Source: an uncultured Candidatus Saccharibacteria bacterium (GTDB taxonomy: Bacteria; Patescibacteriota; Saccharimonadia; Saccharimonadales; UBA10212). From it: a stretch of DNA of 64,000 nucleotides. Below the pieces are notes generated by a model. It made no database searches, was not told the origin of the DNA, and saw only the letters and a program-made list of their open reading frames with translations. The translations under genes and the position numbers were made by a program. Below are positions 1-7,177 of the stretch, piece after piece; positions within the stretch are counted from its first letter, which is position 1, and each line of letters begins with the position of its first letter. Where the stretch lies: assembly GCA_965231085.1 (NCBI GenBank), contig OZ246413.1, forward strand, positions 411,234 through 475,233. The letters are read 5' to 3'.

Positions 1-1274
1 GAAGCTGCCACTGCCGAAAGAACCGCTAAACCAATAGCGCCACCAACTTGCTGTGAAGTATTCAATATACCTGAAGCAAGACCAGAAAAGTGCTTAGGCA
101 CCCCGCTAGTAGCCGCTAGGGTCATAGACACAAAGCTTAGGCCCATACCTACGGCGTTTACGGCGATACCAGGAAAGACATCATGCCAATAATTACCACC
201 TACATGAATATGAGTCAAAATGTAAAAACCAATAGCTAGGAAAATCGGTCCAACGGCTAGGAATGGTTTGTAGCCAAATACATTTACTTTTTTGGAGACA
301 ATTGCCGATGTTATGGCAATAATGAAAGTAATGGGCAAAAAGCTCAACCCAGACTTAGCTGGCGAATAACCCAGAATTGTCTGTACGTAAAGTGTCATGA
401 AGAAGAATTGCGAAAAAAGAGTAGAGGCTATAACTAGCGCAGCTAGATTACCTCCTGTAACGTTCCTAATCTTGAACAATTTAAGAGGCATCAAGGGCTG
501 TTCTGCTCGCCTTTCGTTAAAGATAAACAGGCCAAGCAAAACTACGCTACCGGCAATAAATTCCCATACTGTACGAGAGCCCCAGCCATCCTGCGGAGCC
601 TTAGACAGACCATAGACCAAAGCCATAAGCCCTGCAGTAACAGTTGCCGCTCCGGGTAAATCGAGCTTTATCTTATGGTTTTCTTCACCTATGTGATGTG
701 GCAATAGCCTAGCTGAAGCTAACACTACGAAAATTCCAACCGGGACATTAACAAAGAAATTCCAGCGCCAATCTAGATACTGGGTCAATACTCCACCAAG
801 CAAAACACCGACGGCAGCTCCGCCAGCAGCGACGGCAGCCCATACACCCAGTGCCTTATTGCGCTCCTTACCTTCTTTAAACTCAGTTAAGACTATGGAC
901 AATGCAGCCGGAGACATAAATGCTCCAGCCAGACCCTGGATGGCTCTAGCAACAATCAATTGCGTTTCAGATTGAGCTAGCCCACAAAGCAGCGAAACTA
1001 CTGAAAACACAGTCACAGCAGTCATAAAAACTTTTCTTCTACCATACAAATCAGCAGCTCTACCACCAAGAAGCAGAAATCCGCCAAACGTTAGAGCATA
1101 GGCTGTAACTACCCATTGGAGATTAGCCTGCGCAAAATTTAAACTCTTAGCAATAGACGGCAGAGCTACGTTAACGATCGATACATCGAGCACAACCATA
1201 AATTGCGCCAAAGCCAGCAAGGCCAATATAACCCACTTATTGCTAGCGTGTTTTGATAATTCTTTTCTTGCCAC
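1..1274 (-). CDS. MFS transporter, DHA2 (EmrB/QacA-like) drug:H+ antiporter family; C-terminus runs off the window start
   Basis: Absent from the ORF track because it is open at the window edge. Reverse-strand translation from GTG at 1274 reads VARKELSKHASNKWVILALLALAQFMVVLDVSIVNVALPSIAKSLNF...LTFGGFLLLGGRAADLYGRRKVFM...ARAIQGLAGAFMSPAALSIV and continues as hydrophobic TM segments to position 1. These are classic DHA2 MFS motifs. Track ORF 397..615(+) is an antisense shadow. Confidence 0.85.
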   Translation of the reverse strand, partial: MARKELSKHASNKWVILALLALAQFMVVLDVSIVNVALPSIAKSLNFAQANLQWVVTAYALTFGGFLLLGGRAADLYGRRKVFMTAVTVFSVVSLLCGLAQSETQLIVARAIQGLAGAFMSPAALSIVLTEFKEGKERNKALGVWAAVAAGGAAVGVLLGGVLTQYLDWRWNFFVNVPVGIFVVLASARLLPHHIGEENHKIKLDLPGAATVTAGLMALVYGLSKAPQDGWGSRTVWEFIAGSVVLLGLFIFNERRAEQPLMPLKLFKIRNVTGGNLAALVIASTLFSQFFFMTLYVQTILGYSPAKSGLSFLPITFIIAITSAIVSKKVNVFGYKPFLAVGPIFLAIGFYILTHIHVGGNYWHDVFPGIAVNAVGMGLSFVSMTLAATSGVPKHFSGLASGILNTSQQVGGAIGLAVLSAVAA

Positions 1275-1306
1275 TACTCCCTGCCTCTCTTTTTTATAAT
1301 CAAATT

Positions 1307-1351
1307 TTGTCGTATACATAGATGATAACCGAGTTGTCTATGATATGACAA
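1307..1351. promoter_or_regulatory. Imperfect inverted repeat in the divergent MFS / NDH-2 intergenic region (candidate operator)
   Basis: Arms are TTGTCGTATACATAGA (1307-1322) and TGTCTATGATATGACAA (1335-1351). They pair as TTGTC-N-TAT-(A)-CATAGA with one mismatch and one 1-nt indel, separated by 12 nt. No regulator gene is adjacent. Confidence 0.3.
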
Positions 1352-1385
1352 TTATTTATTTGACTACTAGTGAGCTAAACTATTA

Positions 1386-2576
1386 GTGAATATGAGCAAC
1401 ACAAAAAGACGTGTTTTGATTCTTGGGGGTGGTTTTGGGGGCACCAAAACAGCGCTAGATTTAGCCAAAGACAACAACTTTGAAGTCAGCCTAATTAGTG
1501 ACCATACGGATTTTAGATACTACCCCACACTTTATCGAACAGCAACCGGTGGTGATTCTTCTGCCTCCTCAATCCCTTTAAGCGAGATATTCCAAGACAA
1601 AAATGTCAAAGTTATTAAAGACAAAGCAATATCCATAGACCGAGCTAATAATCTAGTTAATTGCCTAAGCAAGAACTCATACCCTTACGACATATTGGTA
1701 ATCGCTCTAGGCGTAGTTACCAACTATTTTGGTATTAGGGGTTTGGAGAAATTTGCCTACGGAATCAAAAGCTTGGATGAGGCCAAAAAACTTCGCGCTC
1801 ATCTTCATGATTTGATAGCCGATGATAAAAAACCTGATTTAAATTACGTGATAATCGGGGGCGGGCCAACAGGGGTCGAGCTGGCCGGAGCTCTGCCTGA
1901 TTATCTTAAAGAAATAATGAGATCACACGGCGTGCCTAGCAAGACAGTGCACATCGATATCGTAGAAGCAGCGGCGCACCTGGTACCAAGAATGAATATA
2001 GGCTACTCCAGAGCTGTAGAGAAAAGGCTAAAAAAACTTGCGGTTAGGTTATTGCTAAAGAGGACTGTCGAAGCCGAGTCAGCCGAGTCGCTGATGGTCA
2101 GCGGCCACTCTATAAAAAGCCATACCGTGGTATGGACCGCTGGTGTTACTAATCACCCGTTCCTAAAAGCCAATGGTTTTATCTTAAACAATCACGGAAA
2201 AGTGGTAGTCGATAAGTACCTGCAAGCCGAGGACAACATTTACGTTATCGGTGATAATGCCGACACCCCATATTCCGGTATGGCCCAAACAGCGCTATAC
2301 GACGCAGTCTTTGTAAGCAAGAATATAAGGCGAGTTCATGCCGGGAAACAGTTGCATGCCTATACCCCAAAAAGGCCGGTTTACGTTACCCCCGCTGGAC
2401 GCAAGTGGGCCATTGTTCAATGGGGCCCAGTTCGATTATCTGGCCGAGTGGGCTGGTGGCTTAGAGACATTGCTGATTTTATTGCTTTTCACAGATTTGA
2501 ACCGTGGTGGAAGGCTAGCAGGCATTGGGTTGCTGAATTCGAAACAGAAAGCGAATGCCTCGTATGCAAAAAATGA
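1386..2576 (+). CDS. ndh: Type II NADH dehydrogenase (NDH-2) / FAD-dependent pyridine nucleotide-disulfide oxidoreductase
   Basis: N-terminal FAD Rossmann motif VLILGGGFGGTKTA and second dinucleotide fold VIIGGGPTGVELAG. Length (396 aa) and tryptophan-rich amphipathic C-terminus are typical of NDH-2. The track start is GTG at 1386; ATG at 1392 (MSNTKRR) is equally plausible. Confidence 0.85.
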   Translation: MNMSNTKRRVLILGGGFGGTKTALDLAKDNNFEVSLISDHTDFRYYPTLYRTATGGDSSASSIPLSEIFQDKNVKVIKDKAISIDRANNLVNCLSKNSYPYDILVIALGVVTNYFGIRGLEKFAYGIKSLDEAKKLRAHLHDLIADDKKPDLNYVIIGGGPTGVELAGALPDYLKEIMRSHGVPSKTVHIDIVEAAAHLVPRMNIGYSRAVEKRLKKLAVRLLLKRTVEAESAESLMVSGHSIKSHTVVWTAGVTNHPFLKANGFILNNHGKVVVDKYLQAEDNIYVIGDNADTPYSGMAQTALYDAVFVSKNIRRVHAGKQLHAYTPKRPVYVTPAGRKWAIVQWGPVRLSGRVGWWLRDIADFIAFHRFEPWWKASRHWVAEFETESECLVCKK

Positions 2577-3883
2577 ATCTCAGACGTAGTTTATTGCTAG
2601 GCTTTTTAGTTGCTAACTTATTGGCTGTGATATTCGGCTGGTGGCAAATCAGTGGTCAACATACGCATTCCCCAGCTCTCTGGTACATAGCGATTGGTCG
2701 ACTTAGCGGTCTAGTGGCTTCTATTACGGTACTAATTGAAATCCTAACTATGAGCCGCACACCAATTGTCGAAAACAACTTCGATATGGAAGAACTGACC
2801 TGGTTCCATAAAATAAATGGCTATCTAATGATCGGGTCTTTGACGGCTCACATCCTGTTCTTACTAGCAGGCTATGCCCTACTCGACAAAATATCTTGGT
2901 GGCACGAATTTGGGCAATTTAATTCAGGATTCTCGGACGTCTTAAATGCAACTATAGGCAGCGGCATATTTGTGGCAGCCGTTTTTGCCTCGATCAAAAT
3001 AGCTCGTAACAAACTGCCTTATCAGTGGTGGTATGCAGCTCATCTGACTTTATACCTAGCTATTGTTCTAACCTTCCCTCATATAATTAATAGTGGCGGG
3101 GATTTTATAGGTCACCCATTGTTTAGTTTCTACATGTGGGCAATTTACGGTGTCAGTTTGGGTCTTTTAGGAATTTACAGATTTTTGCGGCCTTTTTATT
3201 ACATGTACAAATACGATTTTCGAGTTCTCAGTTTTAATGCTGAAGCTAACAGAATTCATTCGGTTGTTATAGGTGGTAAAAACATTAGCAACTTCTCGTT
3301 CAGGCCAGGACAATTTGCGGTCTGGTGGTTCCTGATACCTGGTCTATGGTGGGAAGGTCATCCTTTTTCATTTTCGATAGCTCCTAACGGAAAAAATCTA
3401 AGACTGACCTTTAAGGAAAGCGGTGATTATACCTCTAGGTTAGCCAGCGGCTTAAAAGTAGGAGCCCGGGTTCTAGTCGATGGCCCACGAGGCATGTTTA
3501 CATCCCAGAGAGCCAACTCTGAAGAGGTGTTAATGATTGCAGGCGGCATAGGAGTAACTCCGATGCGAGCCATGGTAACCAGGCTACTTGACCAAGGTAA
3601 AAAGGTTACATTAATATACGCTGCTAAACGAGCCGGCGATATAGCTTTTTCGGCTGAGTTGAAAACTCTCAGCAAACAGCAAAGTTTGAAAGTAGATTAT
3701 TATATCGAAGATAAAACTGGTCGCTTAGAATCAGAGACCCTGGCGGCATACTTGCAGCCAGACCCCGTCCGTAAAACTGTATATATCTGCGGGCCACCTG
3801 CCATGATGGATTCCTTAAGGCAAGATTTAGAACAAATTGGCGTGCCAAAACAAAACATTTTGAGCGAAAGGTTCTCGTTCTAG
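2555..3883 (+). CDS. NOX/FRE-type flavocytochrome: ferric-reductase transmembrane domain (two bis-His heme sites) fused to FAD- and NAD(P)H-binding ferredoxin-reductase domain
   Basis: Six hydrophobic helices. His85-x13-His99 (WFHKINGYLMIGSLTAH) and His163-x12-His176 (AAHLTLYLAIVLTFPH) lie in separate helices. FAD motif HPFS at 269-272, NAD(P)H motif MIAGGIGVTP at 327-336, and CGPPAMM near the C-terminus. The start overlaps the ndh stop by 22 nt; alternative ATGs at 2564 and 2573. Confidence 0.85.
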   Translation: MPRMQKMNLRRSLLLGFLVANLLAVIFGWWQISGQHTHSPALWYIAIGRLSGLVASITVLIEILTMSRTPIVENNFDMEELTWFHKINGYLMIGSLTAHILFLLAGYALLDKISWWHEFGQFNSGFSDVLNATIGSGIFVAAVFASIKIARNKLPYQWWYAAHLTLYLAIVLTFPHIINSGGDFIGHPLFSFYMWAIYGVSLGLLGIYRFLRPFYYMYKYDFRVLSFNAEANRIHSVVIGGKNISNFSFRPGQFAVWWFLIPGLWWEGHPFSFSIAPNGKNLRLTFKESGDYTSRLASGLKVGARVLVDGPRGMFTSQRANSEEVLMIAGGIGVTPMRAMVTRLLDQGKKVTLIYAAKRAGDIAFSAELKTLSKQQSLKVDYYIEDKTGRLESETLAAYLQPDPVRKTVYICGPPAMMDSLRQDLEQIGVPKQNILSERFSF

Positions 3884-4554
3884 CTTTTATAGGCGATCAT
3901 TTTATAATCTGGATGGCCTGCGATATATTTAGTCGCTAAATTACCCATAACAAAGCAGGCGGTCGCCAGAACATCGGCCATAATAATATCGGGTCCGATT
4001 ATCGAAACACTACTCCAGTAGTCAGCCGGTTGCTTAGTTTTTGGATTAATAAGGTGCCTCCCTCTTTCATAATTGCCGCTCGTTGCTACGGCTTGATCAC
4101 GGAGTTCAACAACTTGTCTAATATTCATGCTATCTGCGGGGTCTTGGATACCTATACGCCAAGTCTTATCCCCCTTTGCTAATATATCGCCGCCAGCACT
4201 TATGCAGAAGGTATTCTGCCCTGATTGTTCAAGTTTTTTGGCAGCTTTAGCTATTGCCCAGCCCTTAATATAACCGTTGGCGTCAAACCGACCTGCTGCC
4301 ATCGCCGAAAAATAACCATTGGTATACCTTTTAGCCCGCTCGCAGTCTTTCAATATTTCTCTGAGTTCCGGGCTGAGATTATTATTCAGTTCGCCTCGTA
4401 TATACATAGATACTTGGCTGTCCGGTTTGTAATTACTAAAGTTCTCGTCAATCCGCTCAAATTCTAAAAAAACGAGATTAAAATAATTTTGATCTTCACA
4501 GTCGGGGATATCAACACTAATCGGCATCCCCATTATCTGAGCTACTCTGCGCAT
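3880..4554 (-). CDS. apbE: FAD:protein FMN transferase (ApbE family), short form without signal peptide
   Basis: ApbE core motifs: IMGMPISVDI (MGT-type start of the domain), TSGNYERG, and ADVLATACFVMG (metal/FAD-binding ADALxTA-type motif). The start lies 1 nt downstream of the FMN-binding protein gene. Only 224 aa, with no N-terminal hydrophobic segment. Confidence 0.8.
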   Translation of the reverse strand: MRRVAQIMGMPISVDIPDCEDQNYFNLVFLEFERIDENFSNYKPDSQVSMYIRGELNNNLSPELREILKDCERAKRYTNGYFSAMAAGRFDANGYIKGWAIAKAAKKLEQSGQNTFCISAGGDILAKGDKTWRIGIQDPADSMNIRQVVELRDQAVATSGNYERGRHLINPKTKQPADYWSSVSIIGPDIIMADVLATACFVMGNLATKYIAGHPDYKMIAYKS

Positions 4555-4555
4555 T

Positions 4556-5011
4556 TTAAACTCGAGCTTGGTCTAGGGCAGACTGAAGAGACTGCTGATA
4601 AGATTCACTAGTACTAGTAGCGCCAGATACAAAGTCGATATTAGCGCTCTGTTTTGATATTGTTGATTGCTTGAGCAGTGGCTGGCACATACGGCTAATC
4701 ATCATTGATCTTCCCATATCACTGGGCATCTGCAGGAAATTAACGTCGCTAATTTTTCCGCCACTAACAACAACTGCAACCTGGACCGTCCCGTAAGGAT
4801 TATCGAAACTTGAACCGGTAAAAGTACCGTCCTTGTAGCTAGAGCTGTTGCTCGTTGACGGCTGGTTGGAGGCTACACTATTTCCGACCGCTCCTGCAGA
4901 ATTGGTTGACGACGTCGAAATAGTAGTGTTGCTGCCGCTTTTATTTTTAACAACTAGGCCTATGCTGCCAATAATGGCAATCGTAAATACGATAACTAAA
5001 CTTTTCTTCAT
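4556..5011 (-). CDS. Signal-anchored extracytoplasmic FMN-binding domain protein (ApbE substrate, PplA-like)
   Basis: N-terminal KK plus hydrophobic anchor (MKKSLVIVFTIAIIGSIGLVV), an S/T/N-rich linker, then an FMN_bind-type domain with flavinylation motif D-F-V-S-G-A-T (Thr132). Confidence 0.8.
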   Translation of the reverse strand: MKKSLVIVFTIAIIGSIGLVVKNKSGSNTTISTSSTNSAGAVGNSVASNQPSTSNSSSYKDGTFTGSSFDNPYGTVQVAVVVSGGKISDVNFLQMPSDMGRSMMISRMCQPLLKQSTISKQSANIDFVSGATSTSESYQQSLQSALDQARV

Positions 5012-5017
5012 CTATCT

Positions 5018-5023
5018 ATTATA
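5018..5023 (-). promoter_or_regulatory. Candidate -10 box (TATAAT) 6 nt upstream of the FMN-binding protein ATG; possible leaderless transcript
   Basis: The minus strand reads AGGTATAATAGATAG-ATG. No convincing Shine-Dalgarno lies between the box and the ATG, and no good -35 was found. Confidence 0.3.
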
Positions 5024-5056
5024 CCTGGCTAAAAAATAAGACTCTGCGAGAGCAAT

Positions 5057-5089
5057 AAAAAACGAGGCTGCTCAATTTGCGCAGCCCCG
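5057..5089 (-). terminator. Rho-independent terminator after the DUF378 gene (heliorhodopsin-DUF378 unit)
   Basis: The minus strand reads CGGGGCTGC-gcaaattga-GCAGCCTCG followed by TTTTTT: a 9-bp stem with one G:U pair. The plus strand is also followed by a T-run, so it could work in both directions. Confidence 0.6.
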
Positions 5090-5114
5090 TTCATTTTTTT
5101 GTTTTTCTAGAGAA

Positions 5115-5327
5115 TTACTTGTTGCCTTTGCCCATCATCATGACCATGCCGTACAAGCTCCATACAGCTGCTAGGCCAACGATATCGTAAACAACTTTGG
5201 CCCCGGTAGAACCTACACCAAAGATTTTGTCTACTAAATTATAGTCAAAGAACCCGACTAAGCCCCAGTTTAAGGCACCGATTGTTACCAGTAGCCATGA
5301 GACCTTATCTGCTGCGTTCATTTCCAT
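5115..5327 (-). CDS. DUF378 family small membrane protein
   Basis: 70 aa with two TM helices. The motif LLVTIGALNWGLVGFFDYNLVDKIFG is characteristic of DUF378. Confidence 0.7.
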   Translation of the reverse strand: MEMNAADKVSWLLVTIGALNWGLVGFFDYNLVDKIFGVGSTGAKVVYDIVGLAAVWSLYGMVMMMGKGNK

Positions 5328-5398
5328 TTTGGATTTCTCCTTAAAGTTGTTAATAACTTAAGCATAAGCCTAATTAATATTAATGTCTACAACATTTT

Positions 5399-6193
5399 TT
5401 AGTTAGTTAAGGCCCCAGCGAATACCTGCCAAGCCAGGGCTGATTTAGCTACCAAGCTTAATATCATATATACCTTTTCACCGTACATGTAATCAGCCCA
5501 CCGCCCTATCTTTTTGTATTGTAAAAACATATTGATTGCAAAGCAGTTAAAGAACACAAATAGGGTTACATATATCCAATAAACAAAGCTTGGTATCTGG
5601 CCTAACCCGTAGTGGCTAGAGCCCCAAAAGTACAAGGCAATAACCGCCCACGGCATGATGCCAGCCAAACAACCAATTTTAAAAGCCAGCCAGTTAGTTT
5701 TTTCAGTCGTTTGGTTATGAACTTCCATGACTAGCCCCATTAAGTTCATTACTGCCGTAAATATAAAGATCATGGCTAGCACTCCAAGATCCCATAACCC
5801 CGACAGAAGTCCGATGGCCACCATCATAGTGCTGGCGCTCAGTGCATATTCAAACCACCTTGCTTTGTTGAGGCCCTTCTTCAGATTATTCTCATACGAT
5901 CTACGATAGATTGTCGCAATAACTAGATGAGCTAGAGCGCTTAGAAAAAAGAAGCCGGCCACCAGATAGGCAATGTTCACACTAAATACATGGTGCTGGG
6001 CCTGTACTAAATCTGGCATTTTACCAGTTATTGCTAGCTGGGCCGGGTCCTTAACGGTTAAGTAGGTAGTATGGACTGCCTGCACCCCGTGACCTGGTTT
6101 TGCTAAAGCCAAAATTGCAAAGCCTTGGACAGCATGCAAAAAGCCCATGAATATATTAAACTTCCTTAAACCTTTGAACGTAACTTTTGACAT
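5399..6193 (-). CDS. Heliorhodopsin
   Basis: 264 aa, 7 TM. Long collinear similarity, recalled from memory, to heliorhodopsin 48C12: FMGFLHAVQGFAILALA, ARWFEYALSASTMMV (counterion Glu), WLAFKIGCLAGIMPWAVIALYF, FVFFNCFAINMFLQYKKIGRW, and the near-identical retinal-lysine helix YMILSLVAKSALAWQVF (Lys250). Confidence 0.9.
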   Translation of the reverse strand: MSKVTFKGLRKFNIFMGFLHAVQGFAILALAKPGHGVQAVHTTYLTVKDPAQLAITGKMPDLVQAQHHVFSVNIAYLVAGFFFLSALAHLVIATIYRRSYENNLKKGLNKARWFEYALSASTMMVAIGLLSGLWDLGVLAMIFIFTAVMNLMGLVMEVHNQTTEKTNWLAFKIGCLAGIMPWAVIALYFWGSSHYGLGQIPSFVYWIYVTLFVFFNCFAINMFLQYKKIGRWADYMYGEKVYMILSLVAKSALAWQVFAGALTN

Positions 6194-6279
6194 TTTAGTT
6201 TTTCCTTTATCTACTTACTAGGCTAACAAATTTAATAAGCCCTTGCCAACACCAAAATTCTGTTCATTTTCATGTCAAA

Positions 6280-6308
6280 TTGACTGTATTCAAAAATACA
6301 ACTACTAT
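6280..6308 (+). promoter_or_regulatory. Sigma70-type promoter candidate for the 6344 gene
   Basis: TTGACT (6280-6285), 17-nt spacer, TACTAT (6303-6308), 35 nt upstream of the ATG. The -35 sits inside the small palindrome GTCAA-A-TTGAC. Confidence 0.4.
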
Positions 6309-6343
6309 TAAATGTATAAATTAAGCATAAGCGAGATAAAAAC

Positions 6344-7168
6344 ATGTCAATTAGCAACAAAAACCAGTCCGGTATTGCCCATTTAATGATAATCATTGGG
6401 TTAGTAGTTATTGCGGTTATCGCAGCCGTAGCCTGGAAGGTTAGTTCTTCAAAATCAACAACTACCGTAGCCTCCAAAGCTGTTCAGTCGGCCTGCGAAA
6501 AAGAAATAAACGATAAAAACTTCTGTAAATTTGCCGCCAGCTTTACTTTAAATACGTCGTACGAGGCAACCATTACGACTGTTGATACAGCCGGTGCCAC
6601 TTCCTCTATGACAATGCAGTCCGATACTAAAAACAATAGCTCAATAGTCTCAAGAGCCGATGGCAAGGAAACCGCCGCCTATGTAAGCTTAGATGGCGAC
6701 ACGTACTTTAAGGACGAGTCAACTGGATCATGGACGAAAATAGCTGGCGACAAAACCAAGCCAACTGTTACTAGCCCAACCAGCGATATTAAAATTGACA
6801 CTACCGACTTAACCGCTAAGAACACCACGACTTACAAATATCTATCCAAAGAAAAATGTGGTAGCTTGAATTGCTTTAAATATCAGATAGTCGATACTGC
6901 CGCCACAGGTACTACGCAGTACATTTGGTTTGATGATAAAAATTATCAAATGCAAAGATGGTACTCAAAGGACGCTAACGGTTCTACAGATATGAGTTTT
7001 ACTTACAAATCTATAAAAATTTCAGCCCCCTCACCAGTAAGTGATACTTCGGCTTCAGACGCTGCAGCGCTTCAAGCAGCACAAGCTGCTGCTGCCGCTC
7101 TTAACAGCGCCGCCTCTAATACAGATACGACGACCACTGACACCACCAGCACAGACACTACTCAGTAG
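6344..7168 (+). CDS. Membrane-anchored secreted protein of unknown function with Thr/Ala-rich low-complexity C-terminus
   Basis: N-terminal anchor GIAHLMIIIGLVVIAVIAAVAW, a Cys-containing globular middle region, and a C-terminal AALQAAQAAAAALNSAASNTDTTTTDTTSTDTTQ tail. No recognised family. Confidence 0.5.
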   Translation: MSISNKNQSGIAHLMIIIGLVVIAVIAAVAWKVSSSKSTTTVASKAVQSACEKEINDKNFCKFAASFTLNTSYEATITTVDTAGATSSMTMQSDTKNNSSIVSRADGKETAAYVSLDGDTYFKDESTGSWTKIAGDKTKPTVTSPTSDIKIDTTDLTAKNTTTYKYLSKEKCGSLNCFKYQIVDTAATGTTQYIWFDDKNYQMQRWYSKDANGSTDMSFTYKSIKISAPSPVSDTSASDAAALQAAQAAAAALNSAASNTDTTTTDTTSTDTTQ

Positions 7169-7177
7169 TTAAGTGCT

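Noticed and set aside
2338-2589. 83-aa plus-strand ORF overlapping the 3' end of ndh in another frame.
   Set aside because: It is entirely nested in the well-conserved NDH-2 C-terminus and the NOX-like start region. It has no RBS and an unremarkable translation.
5358-6332. The 12-mer TTAAGCATAAGC occurs on both sides of the heliorhodopsin gene (about 5358 and about 6321), and a related TTAGCATAAGCG occurs at about 24593. I considered it as a regulatory motif.
   Set aside because: By a rough estimate, exact 12-mer repeats are expected by chance many times in 64 kb of AT-biased DNA, and a few times within 1 kb. The copies are in the same orientation even though the flanking genes differ in strand. 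Not significant without comparative support.
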